Origin: Candidatus Falkowbacteria bacterium RIFOXYA2_FULL_47_19 | Lineage (GTDB): Bacteria > Patescibacteriota > Patescibacteriia > Patescibacteriales > UBA12075 | Reading direction: 5' to 3' | Assembly (NCBI GenBank): GCA_001780275.1 | Contig: MFGB01000017.1 | Span: forward strand, 1 to 57,840 | Length of the DNA stretch: 57,840 bases | In this document: one piece after another, positions 20,375 through 30,971 of the stretch | Position numbering within the stretch: the stretch's first letter is position 1 | How the letters are laid out: each line of letters opens with the position of its first letter | Position numbers and translations under genes: made by a program | The notes under the pieces: generated by a model | Database searches by the model: none | What the model saw: the letters and a program-made list of their open reading frames with translations, nothing else | What the model was told of the DNA's origin: nothing

Positions 20375-21537
20375 TGCGTTTGGTACAATTGACAACAAAA
20401 AATCTCTTATCCGCAACGGCTGACAATGTCTATATCATGAATCTGGCTCGCAGTTTTAATAAGATTATGGGCAAAGACTACCGGTTAGTGGTAGCTAAAA
20501 AGAAACTGGAACAGATACCGGACGTGAACACCCTGAGTCTTGAGCTTGATTTTAGGTCAAAGATAGCCAGAATCAAGTTTTTACTGCCTTATTTATATTG
20601 TTTTTTTTGGCTGCCTTTTTATGTTAAGAAAAACGCCCTGGATAGCAAAGATACTGTTATTTTTACAAATGATCCGAATTTTCTACTATTGATCATATGG
20701 TGGCGCAAAATGTGCAATTATCAATATAAGATTTGCTCAGACTGGCATATGCTTTTTGGTAATTTTAAGGACGGATATAATGCCCGAAATAGTGATTTTT
20801 TAATTACTACTTCCGAAAAACTGAAACGGCAATTAATCGAAAAATGCGGAGCCGATGAACGGAAAATAAAAGTGGTTTACGGCGGCGTTGATTTGAGTAA
20901 TTATAGCGGCGGTGAAAACGGTAATTTAAAAAAGGGATTGGGATTGCCGACGGATAAAATTTTAGTCGGTTATGTCGGTTTTTATAAGACTATCGGCATG
21001 AGCAAGGGCATTGATACCATGATCCGGACCTTGCCGTTATTGGAGGGTAATATTGTTATGGCCTTTGTGGGTGGCTGGAAGCATGAAATAGATGAATATC
21101 TTGAGATGGCCCGGGATATGGGCGTGGATAAAAGATGTATTTTTGTAGAAAAAGTGAGTGTGGAGATGGCGGCAAAATATGAGATGGCGATGGATATTTT
21201 AACCATACCCTATCCCGATAAGCCGCATTTCCGGGATTACGGCTTTCCTATGAAGGTTTATGAATATATGGCGGCCGGAAAACCGATCGTTTATTCTGCT
21301 TTGGAATTAACCGAAGAGGTCTTGCATGATTGCGGTTTTACTTTCCGGCCGGACGACGCCGTTGCTTTAGCGGATAAAATAAAATATATTATCGATAAAA
21401 AAAATGAGCGGGTCGTGAAAATGTCCGTAGAGACGGCGAGCAAAAAAGTGGCTGGCTTGACCTGGGAAAAAAAGGCGGGAGAAATTATTAATTTAGTAAA
21501 TTATGCAAAAAGTATCAATAATCATCCCAACTTATAA
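20374..21537 (+). CDS. Glycosyltransferase family 4
   Basis: YGGVD, GYVG...KGID, FPMKVYEYMAAGKPIV. Confidence 0.9.
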   Translation: MRLVQLTTKNLLSATADNVYIMNLARSFNKIMGKDYRLVVAKKKLEQIPDVNTLSLELDFRSKIARIKFLLPYLYCFFWLPFYVKKNALDSKDTVIFTNDPNFLLLIIWWRKMCNYQYKICSDWHMLFGNFKDGYNARNSDFLITTSEKLKRQLIEKCGADERKIKVVYGGVDLSNYSGGENGNLKKGLGLPTDKILVGYVGFYKTIGMSKGIDTMIRTLPLLEGNIVMAFVGGWKHEIDEYLEMARDMGVDKRCIFVEKVSVEMAAKYEMAMDILTIPYPDKPHFRDYGFPMKVYEYMAAGKPIVYSALELTEEVLHDCGFTFRPDDAVALADKIKYIIDKKNERVVKMSVETASKKVAGLTWEKKAGEIINLVNYAKSINNHPNL

Positions 21538-22210
21538 CGAGGCCAAAAATTTGCCGTTATTGATCGAAGAGATTTATGGCCTTATTAATAAGCAGGAAAC
21601 GGATATAGAGTTCATAATCGTTGATGACAATTCTCCGGATGGAACCGGTCGGGTCGCAGAGGGATTGTCGCGCCAGTATCCGATAAAAGTAATTCATAGG
21701 CCGGGAAAGCTGGGCCTGGGTTCGGCCGTTATTGAGGGATTTAAAAGGTCCCACCGGGACATTCTCGGCGTAATGGACGGCGACATGAGCCACGATCCGG
21801 CTATTATCAATAATCTGATCAACGCTTTAAAGGATTATGATATCGCAATCGGCAGTCGTTTTGAGGTGGAGAGTTCGATCAATAACTGGAATTGGTGGCG
21901 TAAGATTGTTTCCTGCTCCGGCGTATTTTTAGCTAAGGCGCTGACCGGAGTTAAGGACCCTTTAAGCGGTTATTTTTTTCTACATCGCCGGATAATAGAC
22001 GGCGTCGAGCTAAAAACCAAAGGATACAAGATATTATTCGAGATTCTGGTTAAATGTAATTATTCGAAATGCAAAGAGATACCGTATACTTTTCGCATGA
22101 GGCAGTTCAGCAGTTCCAAGCTTAACTATAAAGAGTTTTTGCTGTTTGGGAGTCAGATATTATCTTATGGTTTTTATAAAATATATAAATTATTCCGTAG
22201 ATCATATTAA
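21503..22210 (+). CDS. Polyprenol-phosphate glycosyltransferase (DPM1-like GT2)
   Basis: IPTYNEA, VDDNSPDGT, GKLGLGSA, MDGDMSHDP, DPLSGYF. Confidence 0.92.
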   Translation: MQKVSIIIPTYNEAKNLPLLIEEIYGLINKQETDIEFIIVDDNSPDGTGRVAEGLSRQYPIKVIHRPGKLGLGSAVIEGFKRSHRDILGVMDGDMSHDPAIINNLINALKDYDIAIGSRFEVESSINNWNWWRKIVSCSGVFLAKALTGVKDPLSGYFFLHRRIIDGVELKTKGYKILFEILVKCNYSKCKEIPYTFRMRQFSSSKLNYKEFLLFGSQILSYGFYKIYKLFRRSY

Positions 22211-22211
22211 T

Positions 22212-22838
22212 ATGGAAGACAAGAAATATTGGGATAACTATTGGGTGGATAACAAGGAAAAGCATACTTTTTTTAATACCCTGGTAGATTTTGCCAGAAA
22301 ATATTATTTTGCCAGAGCCTTTGCCGCTTTTCTTGATAAAAATTATCCCGTGGCCGGAAAAAGCGTCTGCGAAATTGGCTCCGGCTCCGGCCTGACCCTG
22401 TCTTATCTTAAAAAAATGGGCGCTCGGGAATGTACAGGCATTGATTATTCGGAAGAAGCCGTTAAATACGCGCAAGCCAATATAAAGGATTGTAAATTCT
22501 CGGTCGGCGATGCTTTTAATCTAAGTAGCATACCAGAAAAAAGCTTTGATATAGTTTATTCGCTTGGTTTTTTAGAACACTACAATCGGGATGAACAGAA
22601 AAAATTATTAGCAGAGCAGTCCAGGCTGGCGCGGGAATGTGTTTTTATTGAGGTACCGTATAATTCTCCGCATATGAGCCTGTTGTGTTACCTGAACCGA
22701 AAAAGTGGCCGGACCACCACTTTCAGCGACGAGGAGTTGTTCTCTCCTAAAACTTTCCGGGAACTCGGCCTCACGGGTAAGACTAAGCTTATGCCAAATA
22801 CTTTTTTTATAACTATCGGCCATTTTGAGCATTTGTAA
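22212..22838 (+). CDS. Class I SAM-dependent methyltransferase
   Basis: EIGSGSG, GIDYS, GDAF, FDIVYSLGFLEH; ATG 22212 preferred. Confidence 0.88.
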   Translation: MEDKKYWDNYWVDNKEKHTFFNTLVDFARKYYFARAFAAFLDKNYPVAGKSVCEIGSGSGLTLSYLKKMGARECTGIDYSEEAVKYAQANIKDCKFSVGDAFNLSSIPEKSFDIVYSLGFLEHYNRDEQKKLLAEQSRLARECVFIEVPYNSPHMSLLCYLNRKSGRTTTFSDEELFSPKTFRELGLTGKTKLMPNTFFITIGHFEHL

Positions 22839-22847
22839 TATTATCTT

Positions 22848-24272
22848 ATGGAATTATCAAAAAATAAACTAGAGGTTATAAATTTTATGGACGAGATGGC
22901 CGGAAGCCGGTCGCAGTGGGTCAAAAAGAATCAATACTACTATGACGATTTGGCTGGATTTTTGAAATATAATATCCTGGAAAAATCGTCGATATTGGAA
23001 ATAGGTTGCGGCAACGGTTTTCTACTTGACGCGATCAAGCCCGGGCGCGGCGTCGGCATTGATCTTTCCGGAAAAATGATTTTTCACGCTAAAGAAAGTT
23101 ATCCGAATTTAGTTTTTTATAAAATGGACGCGGAAGATATAAATTTGGCGGAGGATTTCGACTATGTGGTTATGTCCGACGCGCTCGGATATATGGAAGA
23201 TATCCAGAAAGTTTTTCGCGGCTTAAAAGGGGTGGTGAGCAATAATAGTCGGATCATTATTACGTACCATAGTTTTTTCTGGCTTCCGTTCCTGCGCCTA
23301 GCGGAATCGCTCGGCCTGAAGATGCCGCAGAAAAAGCTTAACTGGCTTAACGGCAACGACATACTGAATCTTCTTGAGCTTGAGGGATTCGAGGCCGTGA
23401 AGACCGGCCGGAGATTTTTGTTACCGGTGAAAATTTCGGTAATTTCAGCTTTTATCAACCATTATATTGCGAATCTGCCTGTTGTAAACTGGTTTTGTCT
23501 TACAGGCTATATTATCGCTAAAACCGCATACGGCGAAAAAGAAACAGGATTAAAAAGCGTAAGCGTGGTCGTGCCGGCTCGCAACGAAGAGGGGAATATC
23601 GAGAATATTGTCAAGAGATTGCCGTTAATGGGAAATAACACGGAAATAATTTTTGTTGAGGGTCATTCGCGGGATGGCACTTTGGCGGAGATAAAACGAG
23701 TCCGCGAAAAATATAAGACCGACAGGGATATTAAATATTTCATCCAAGACGGCCGGGGGAAGGGCGATGCGGTCAGGAAGGGATTTGCGGCCGCGACCGG
23801 CGATATATTGATGATTTTGGACGCCGATATGACCGTTCCGCCGGAAGACCTGCCTAAATTTTTTGAAGCAATCGCTACGGGCCGGGGGGAATTCATTAAT
23901 GGAACAAGGCTTGTTTACCCGCTGGAGGACGAAGCGATGCGATTTTTAAATATTGGCGGCAACAAGTTCTTTTCCTGGATGTTTTCCTGGCTTTTAGGAC
24001 AGAGGCTTAAAGATACTTTGTGCGGCACTAAGGTTATTTCGAGACAAAATTATTTAAATTTAATCAAGAACCGGAAATTTTTTGGGGAATTCGATCCGTT
24101 CGGCGACTTTGATCTTTTGTTCGGTGCCGCTAAGCTCAATTTAAAGATTGTTGAGATCCCAATAAGATACCAGGCACGGGAATATGGAGAAACGCAGATA
24201 TCGCGTTTTACTCACGGCTGGCTGCTTTTAAAAATGGTCTTTTTCGCAATGAATAAAATCAAGTTTTTATAA
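22848..24272 (+). CDS. Methyltransferase-GT2 fusion protein
   Basis: N-terminal LEIGCGNG/GIDLS; C-terminal VPARNEEGNI, ILDADMTV, DTLCGTK, DPFGDFDLLFG. Confidence 0.9.
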   Translation: MELSKNKLEVINFMDEMAGSRSQWVKKNQYYYDDLAGFLKYNILEKSSILEIGCGNGFLLDAIKPGRGVGIDLSGKMIFHAKESYPNLVFYKMDAEDINLAEDFDYVVMSDALGYMEDIQKVFRGLKGVVSNNSRIIITYHSFFWLPFLRLAESLGLKMPQKKLNWLNGNDILNLLELEGFEAVKTGRRFLLPVKISVISAFINHYIANLPVVNWFCLTGYIIAKTAYGEKETGLKSVSVVVPARNEEGNIENIVKRLPLMGNNTEIIFVEGHSRDGTLAEIKRVREKYKTDRDIKYFIQDGRGKGDAVRKGFAAATGDILMILDADMTVPPEDLPKFFEAIATGRGEFINGTRLVYPLEDEAMRFLNIGGNKFFSWMFSWLLGQRLKDTLCGTKVISRQNYLNLIKNRKFFGEFDPFGDFDLLFGAAKLNLKIVEIPIRYQAREYGETQISRFTHGWLLLKMVFFAMNKIKFL

Positions 24273-24273
24273 T

Positions 24274-25011
24274 ATGGATATAATTAACGATAAATTAGCG
24301 CTGCACCGGGAGATCTGGTATAAAAAAAAGATATTAAGATTGATCTATGCGCAATGGTATCGGATGATACAAGCGGATTTGAAATCAGGCAAGAAAAAAA
24401 CACTGGAAATAGGTTCCGGTACCGGTAATTTCAAGGAGTTCAAAAGCGATATTATTGCGTCCGATATAGAGAATCGTCCTTGGCTTGATAAAGTTTTTGA
24501 TGCGCATGATATGCCGTTTACCGATGGCGAACTGAGCAATATAGTCATGATTGACGTTTTGCACCACCTGGTTGACCCGATTCGTTTTTTCCGTGAAGTC
24601 GGCCGCGTCCTGGAACCCGGCGGGAGGATAATTATGCTTGAGCCATTTCCATCTTTTTTTTCTTTGCCTGTTTATAAATGTTTTCACCCGGAGCCATTTG
24701 ATTTTAAAAAAAATTATTTTTTGCAAGGCGGTACAGATGAAAAAAAAGACGCCTGGGAGTCTAACCAGGCCATCCCATTTTTATTGTTTTATAGACAGAA
24801 AAAAGATTTTTTAAGATTATTTGAAAATAAATACGAAATAATCAAGAAAAAAAGAATAAGTTTTTTATTATACCCCCTATCCGGAGGCTTTGAACATCGT
24901 TCGTTTATTCCCGGTTTTTTGTTTCCGGTTTTTAGTATTTTAGAAAAAATATTGGCACCCTTAGCGAGCCTATTGGCGTTTCGATGTTATATCGTTTTAG
25001 AGAAAAAATAA
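24274..25011 (+). CDS. Class I SAM-dependent methyltransferase
   Basis: LEIGSGTG, DVLHH, RVLEPGGRIIMLEP. Confidence 0.88.
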   Translation: MDIINDKLALHREIWYKKKILRLIYAQWYRMIQADLKSGKKKTLEIGSGTGNFKEFKSDIIASDIENRPWLDKVFDAHDMPFTDGELSNIVMIDVLHHLVDPIRFFREVGRVLEPGGRIIMLEPFPSFFSLPVYKCFHPEPFDFKKNYFLQGGTDEKKDAWESNQAIPFLLFYRQKKDFLRLFENKYEIIKKKRISFLLYPLSGGFEHRSFIPGFLFPVFSILEKILAPLASLLAFRCYIVLEKK

Positions 25012-25016
25012 AACCC

Positions 25017-26726
25017 ATGCACCAGTTAATTAAAACAACAAAAGATTTTTTTATAAGAAATATTTGGTTAGGGTTGGTTTTATTTTTAGCCTTTGGGGCA
25101 AGATTATATGGGATTTATTTCGATTATCCTTATACGGATTTTATCTGGGACGAAACTTACAGTATTTCATATTTATTCGATTTGTTGACGCAAAAAACGG
25201 TTTTGGTAAATCCGCCATCCTCGACTTACCCGACCTTATTGCCGTTTTTACTGGCGCCAGTTTTTGTTTTGCGCCTTGGTTATATCGCTTTAATGAATGG
25301 CCTGCACTCGATAGCGGAGCTTAAAAATTTTATAGTTATGAACGGTTTAGGGCAGATCCATATAATATCACGCTGGTATTCGGTATTCTTCGGAACCGCT
25401 ACGGTTTATTTGGTGTATGGGATTATCAGAAGAATTTACCGAAAAAGATCCGTCGCGCTTTATACTGCCCTGGTTTATAGCTTTAGTTTAGTTCCGGTTT
25501 ATCTTTCCCATTGGGGCAAGCACCACGCAACCATGGTTTTTTTCGTGATCTTAAGTCTTTTATTCGTCATTATTTTTGAAGAGAAAAAAGTCAAAAAATA
25601 TGTTTATTTTTCAATGTTTGCCGCCGCCGCGGCCTTTTCCGTACATTATATCGGTGCTACGGCCGTAGTTTTTCCTTTCTGGGCGTGGTGGTCCAATCGG
25701 CGCGATTTTAACAACAAAGAAATAATTAAATGCATTTTATTTTTTGGAGGCATCGGGGCGTTTTTTTACCTATCGAATTTTTATGGAGTTAAGTCCATGC
25801 TCCATCAGATCATTTTTGATTATTATGCCAAGAATGATTGGGGTGGCATCGTGCCCACTGGCCGCTGGGAAAGGTTTTATTACGTCTTTCGGGATTCATT
25901 CATGATTGAGCCGATTTTTACGGCTTTATTTTTCGCCTTAGGATTGAAATTTAAACGTTTGATAAAAAATAACCGTCTTTGGGGTTATATTTTTGCCGGT
26001 TTGCTGTTTAATTATCTGTTGATGATTACTATAATCGTAGGGGCGCATTTGTCGCGCTGGCTTTTAACTTTTATCACGTTAATTACTTTGGTGTCAGCTT
26101 CGCTTTTTTATAATTGGCTTCTTGAAAGAAGCTGGCGGAAGGAGATAAAAATATTTTTAGCTATTATTTTTATTTTGCCCAATGTTTATTTTACTATACA
26201 CTGGCTCGGTCTGCTGCGGAACAATACCGCCCTGGAGGCGGAGGCGTGGCTTGAAAACAATGTAAAAAAAGATGAATATATATATTCATTCATGATCAGC
26301 TTTAACGCTCCGCTATCGCTTGAATCGATGGAGTGGAATTATCATAATAACGATCGTTTCAGAAATATGAGAAAGATTGTCCTGGTGCTTGAGAATAAAG
26401 AAAGGTTCAGGGATAAAAAGGGTCTGGCGATTATGTATGACGACAGGAATAATAGATATGATAATTTGGCCGGTGAAAAAACTAAATATATAATAGCGGA
26501 TGGGGGCAGTATAAAAGATTTGGAAAAAACCAGGAGGGAATTGGAAAAATATCACGCCCTTGAATTGGTGCGGTCGTTCTACCCTACGGAAAATATTGAA
26601 ATAACAAACGAAGGATTGGATAATGATTATTTGAACAGTCCGGAAAAATTAAGCACCCTATATCATCTGGATAAGAGCGGTCCGTTTATTGATATTTATA
26701 AAGTTAAAGGCGATTATAATGACTAA
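25017..26726 (+). CDS. GT-C fold membrane glycosyltransferase (ArnT/PMT-like)
   Basis: TM1 followed by IWDE loop, SRWYSVFFGTATVYLVY, about 11 TM segments, C-terminal soluble domain; start 24984 or 25017. Confidence 0.8.
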   Translation: MHQLIKTTKDFFIRNIWLGLVLFLAFGARLYGIYFDYPYTDFIWDETYSISYLFDLLTQKTVLVNPPSSTYPTLLPFLLAPVFVLRLGYIALMNGLHSIAELKNFIVMNGLGQIHIISRWYSVFFGTATVYLVYGIIRRIYRKRSVALYTALVYSFSLVPVYLSHWGKHHATMVFFVILSLLFVIIFEEKKVKKYVYFSMFAAAAAFSVHYIGATAVVFPFWAWWSNRRDFNNKEIIKCILFFGGIGAFFYLSNFYGVKSMLHQIIFDYYAKNDWGGIVPTGRWERFYYVFRDSFMIEPIFTALFFALGLKFKRLIKNNRLWGYIFAGLLFNYLLMITIIVGAHLSRWLLTFITLITLVSASLFYNWLLERSWRKEIKIFLAIIFILPNVYFTIHWLGLLRNNTALEAEAWLENNVKKDEYIYSFMISFNAPLSLESMEWNYHNNDRFRNMRKIVLVLENKERFRDKKGLAIMYDDRNNRYDNLAGEKTKYIIADGGSIKDLEKTRRELEKYHALELVRSFYPTENIEITNEGLDNDYLNSPEKLSTLYHLDKSGPFIDIYKVKGDYND

Positions 26727-28497
26727 GTTAAAAAACGTTTTTAAAGAACACTGGTTTATCTTTCTGCTGGCCGGATTTTTTTGTATTTTTCTGAATTGGC
26801 CATTGATCAGATCCATTCATTCTTTGGGAATCGAGAATTTTCGGGGCGTGTATCCGATGTTCGTGGACGATGCCGAGCATTATATTACCCGGACGCAGGA
26901 AGTTTTAAGTGGTCACCCCGGCCTGGGTAACGCCTATTTGGCGGAGCATAAAGGCGAGCCTTATATGTCGCCGCCTCTGGCCGAGATCGTTTTTGCCTAC
27001 ACGGCAAAAACTTTACATATTTCTGTGCCGGCGTTTTTCGCTTGGCAGGGTTTTCTATTTCCGTTTTTGTGTTTTATATTTTTTTATTTTATTCTTTTTT
27101 ATACCAGCAAATCGAAGATTGTGTCCTTGTTTTTAGCGCTTTTATTTTTTTTGATCTCCCCGCGTCAGTTTTCCAGGCCCATTATCCAGCAATTCATTTT
27201 TCTACCTTTTTTCCTCGGGTCTTATTTTATTTGGCAATTTTATAATGAGAATAAACAAAAAAGCATTTACGTTATTAATATAATAATAACATCTCTGGTC
27301 GGTTTGTTGGTCTATATCTCCCCTTATTTTTGGTCGCCGCTTTTTTTGTTATTCCACCTTACCCTCTTTACTGCCGCCTTCATACGCAAGGATGTACGTT
27401 ATTATTTTAAGAATCTGGGCTTGTCCGTTTTGATTTTCGGATTATGGGTAGCGCCATACCTGATAAATTTATTTAAAGCTGTAAAATCGCCCTGGTACGC
27501 AGAAACCGTAGTTCGTTTCGGGATGCTTAATACTCATTGGCCAGCCGCATTTTTTAACGTCTTGCCGGTTTTTATCTGCCTTGCGGCACTTTTATTCATT
27601 TTTAGGAAAACGGAAAGAGTAAAATTTTATTTTATTGGCATAATTCTTCTAACGGCTTTAGCCATAAATTGGCAGAATATCATAACCGGCCATTATCTTT
27701 TATTTTCGTCGCATTATATGGATGTGACTATTTTTTTGGTTCTTTGGTCGGCGGCCATGATCGGAGCGGGGGCAAAGGAAAAACTTTATTTCAACAAAGG
27801 ATTATTCAGCCCGACAATAAGCATCGTTTTGTTATTGGTAGTCGTGATATTTTTCGGTTACCGGCATCGCGGAGAGTTTCCATTTATTTTAAATTCCGGT
27901 TTCAACAAGGAAGAAATGTCCAGGATACAGGACATGAGACCGGTTTTCGATTGGCTTAATTATAACACAGAGAGAGATTCGGTGCTATATTTATTGGGAG
28001 GTGACTATGACATGTACTACCTTCGAAATATATTCTATACCATATATACTCATAATAATACTTATTACAATGGTTACCCCGGAATGTTTTTAGTATCTAA
28101 TGATGAGTTATTGGAGCGGTATTTAAGAAGTCTAATATTTGATCCGGAGGCTAATGAGGAATTTATCAGGCAATATGCATATCGGACAAGGGCGGTGGAA
28201 TTCCTGTCCGATTATCAGAATAAACTAATAAGAAATAAAACTTGGGGAAAAATACCGGGAATAAATTTCAAAATTCCCGAGTTAATTCCTGACGGTTTTA
28301 ATGATGAAGCCGTTAGAAGGTTTTTGGAAATAAAAAAACAAAACCCCATGGAGGTTTTAAAAAAGTATGATGTTGATTATATTTTGTTAAGCCTGGATGA
28401 TCCTAGGTTTTCCTCGCAAAAAGAAATATTAGATTCCCTGGATTCGGCAGAGCCGATCGTAGAAATCAGCAATATACTTATTTACAAAGTGAATTAA
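26719..28497 (+). CDS. Polytopic membrane protein, probable GT-C glycosyltransferase
   Basis: TM1 then DDAEHY acidic loop, multiple TMs, C-terminal FDWLN...KKYDVDYIL domain. Confidence 0.65.
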   Translation: MTKLKNVFKEHWFIFLLAGFFCIFLNWPLIRSIHSLGIENFRGVYPMFVDDAEHYITRTQEVLSGHPGLGNAYLAEHKGEPYMSPPLAEIVFAYTAKTLHISVPAFFAWQGFLFPFLCFIFFYFILFYTSKSKIVSLFLALLFFLISPRQFSRPIIQQFIFLPFFLGSYFIWQFYNENKQKSIYVINIIITSLVGLLVYISPYFWSPLFLLFHLTLFTAAFIRKDVRYYFKNLGLSVLIFGLWVAPYLINLFKAVKSPWYAETVVRFGMLNTHWPAAFFNVLPVFICLAALLFIFRKTERVKFYFIGIILLTALAINWQNIITGHYLLFSSHYMDVTIFLVLWSAAMIGAGAKEKLYFNKGLFSPTISIVLLLVVVIFFGYRHRGEFPFILNSGFNKEEMSRIQDMRPVFDWLNYNTERDSVLYLLGGDYDMYYLRNIFYTIYTHNNTYYNGYPGMFLVSNDELLERYLRSLIFDPEANEEFIRQYAYRTRAVEFLSDYQNKLIRNKTWGKIPGINFKIPELIPDGFNDEAVRRFLEIKKQNPMEVLKKYDVDYILLSLDDPRFSSQKEILDSLDSAEPIVEISNILIYKVN

Positions 28498-29488
28498 AAA
28501 TATTTTTTACCATAAATTTTAATATTTTTCTTTTACCCAATTCTATATTTTTACTCAGAGGAGATTGTTGTAGAATTTTCCAGGTATTTTGATTTAATGC
28601 TATATTTGCATAGCAGACTTCAAGCCAGCGGTTGGAGATTATTTTATCGAATGATTCTATATTGTAAATTTTTATTTTATGGTTAGCTTTACTGAGTTTT
28701 AAAAGCCATTTTTCTATTTCAGCAAGATAATTTTGTGTCGTATAGTCAGATGGTTTTAACAAGGCTCGATGCAAAAGCAATTCTTCTTTACCCGGTCTCA
28801 GGCCGAGTTTTTTTAATTCGCGTTCCTGAATCAGGCTAGCGTTCGTTCTCTGGGTTTTCGCGTATTGATTACTGATATTATTTTTTGTTATTCGATAGTA
28901 GAGCAGGATTTTATTTAGGTTGGCGAATTCGGTCAGGGGCGCAATCCGGGTCCAAAGTTCGTAATCTTCCGCATGGATAAAATTTGGATCGAAACACAGA
29001 CCGCGTTCTTTGAAGAGCGAGGCGCGGAAAATTACGCTCGGATGCGCCATCTGCGTATTAAAAAGAAAACCGGCCTTAATATCGTCCGATTTCGTATAAT
29101 ACTTATTGACACCAGTTGATTCACCGAAAGTTTTTACCCAGGTGCCGCAAGCGCCGATTTTCGGATTTTTATCCATAAAATCTACCTGTTTCTCTATGCG
29201 TTTGGGCAAGCTGATATCGTCGGCGTCCATGCGGGCGATATATTCCCCGCGTGCCAGGTCTATACCCTTATTTAGGGTGGCAATCAGCCGCAGGTTAGTA
29301 TCGTTAATAATCAGCCTGATTCTCGGGTCGTTATAGGATTCGATTATTTTCCGGCTATTATCGGTTGATCCATCGTCAATGATCAAAAATTCAAAATCAC
29401 GAAAGCTTTGATTAAGAATGCTGTCGATTGCTTCGTGTAAATATTTGGCCGCGTTATAAACGGGCATTAGAACCGTTACTTTTGGCAT
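28478..29488 (-). CDS. Glycosyltransferase family 2
   Basis: VLMPVYN, IDDGSTD, ARMDADD, HPSV, AEDYELW. Confidence 0.95.
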   Translation of the reverse strand: MPKVTVLMPVYNAAKYLHEAIDSILNQSFRDFEFLIIDDGSTDNSRKIIESYNDPRIRLIINDTNLRLIATLNKGIDLARGEYIARMDADDISLPKRIEKQVDFMDKNPKIGACGTWVKTFGESTGVNKYYTKSDDIKAGFLFNTQMAHPSVIFRASLFKERGLCFDPNFIHAEDYELWTRIAPLTEFANLNKILLYYRITKNNISNQYAKTQRTNASLIQERELKKLGLRPGKEELLLHRALLKPSDYTTQNYLAEIEKWLLKLSKANHKIKIYNIESFDKIISNRWLEVCYANIALNQNTWKILQQSPLSKNIELGKRKILKFMVKNIFNSLCK

Positions 29489-29490
29489 GG

Positions 29491-30960
29491 TTATATTTTT
29501 ATCCTCCGTTTTATGTAAGAGAGCGCCCGTTTGGGCTCGCGCACGGCCAGCCTGATTTGATCTTTTAAAACGGCGATTCTTTTTTTAAATTTTATCAAAG
29601 TAAATTTCCGGTTTTGCTTTTCCTGCTCCGCGAATATTTTTTTAATCAGCCGCTCCCAGGTGTCTTTACTGACGCTCCCGAAGATATTACCCTGGTTGTA
29701 GTGGTGGAAATAATTAGCCCAGTCGGTATCGCGGCTAACGAGTCCTTTGGCTTCGGCCAGGTTCCAAATATCCGTTCCGGGATAGGGCGTTAAAATACTC
29801 CAGATAGTATGATCCGGATTGATTTCACGCATCGCTTTAAGGCTTAAAAAGATATCCTCTTCGGATTCTGCCGGGAAACCGGCCATAAAATAGAGAGTCG
29901 TTTCTATTCCGGCGCGCCGGGCCGATTTGACCGCGTTTTTTACTTTATCGGTACTGAGATTTTTTTTGATCATCTTCTGGATCTTAGGACTGCCGCTTTC
30001 AAGGCCCAGATAGATATGCTGGCAGCCGGCCTCCTTCATTATTTTGAGCAGTGGATAGTCGAGGGTGTCGCCGCGGGTATCGCAGTGCCAACTGATCCTG
30101 AAATTAAGATTCAATACCAGGGCGCAGAATTCTTCCACGTATTTTTTTTTCAGCGTAAAAGTATCATCGTGAAAAGAGAAGTTGGTAATACCCAATTTTT
30201 TATGCCGATCCATTATTTCCGCGACGACGTTAGTAGCCGAACGAAAGCGCACCGCCCGGGTCCAGATAAGCTTCGAGGCGCAATAGTTACACTCAAAGGG
30301 ACAGCCGCGCGAACTTATTATGCCCCTGGAGGAGCTTAGTTGTTTTTTTAATTCATGAACCAGATGAAAGGCGGGAAAGGGGAGGGCATCAAGATTTTTA
30401 ATAAAGGGTCTCGCCGGATTTTTGATAATTTTTTTGTCTTTTTTATAGGTTATGCCTGAAATATTATCAAGTGATTTTTTTTGTTTAAGCGCGTTTACAA
30501 GCTCAATGATCGTTTCTTCGCCCTCGCCTCGCACAACGATATTAAACCCGCCTTTGACGATTGGTTCTTCGGGCAGGAGGGTGGGGTGGACACCACCGGC
30601 AATCAGGAGGGTATCCGGGAAGGCTTCTTTTAGTTTTCTTGCTAATATGTAACCGGAAAAAGAATTCGGGGTCATGAGGGATAAGCCGATCAGGTCAGGC
30701 TTGAATTCAATCGCGGTTTTTACGATATCGGAAAATATGTAATGGTCCGGATTCAGATTCTTTCGGTAAGATTCTTCGTCGATGGTTATTTTTTCTTCCC
30801 CGCCAGTTATTTTTTTAAAAAAAGTTTCACCGTTTAATATTAAAATATCATCACCGTTTTTTTCTAAAACCGCACCGATGTAAGCCAGTCCAAGATAGAC
30901 CCGGCTGCTCGATATATTTTGGAATCCGTACCAAGGGGGTTGGATTAGAAGTATTTTCAT
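29491..30960 (-). CDS. Cobalamin-binding radical SAM protein (#3)
   Basis: LGLAYI, AGGVHPT, RGEGEE, RGCPFECNYC, FHDDTF, GLESG, PYPGT. Confidence 0.93.
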   Translation of the reverse strand: MKILLIQPPWYGFQNISSSRVYLGLAYIGAVLEKNGDDILILNGETFFKKITGGEEKITIDEESYRKNLNPDHYIFSDIVKTAIEFKPDLIGLSLMTPNSFSGYILARKLKEAFPDTLLIAGGVHPTLLPEEPIVKGGFNIVVRGEGEETIIELVNALKQKKSLDNISGITYKKDKKIIKNPARPFIKNLDALPFPAFHLVHELKKQLSSSRGIISSRGCPFECNYCASKLIWTRAVRFRSATNVVAEIMDRHKKLGITNFSFHDDTFTLKKKYVEEFCALVLNLNFRISWHCDTRGDTLDYPLLKIMKEAGCQHIYLGLESGSPKIQKMIKKNLSTDKVKNAVKSARRAGIETTLYFMAGFPAESEEDIFLSLKAMREINPDHTIWSILTPYPGTDIWNLAEAKGLVSRDTDWANYFHHYNQGNIFGSVSKDTWERLIKKIFAEQEKQNRKFTLIKFKKRIAVLKDQIRLAVREPKRALSYIKRRIKI

Positions 30961-30971
30961 GGTCTTGTAGA

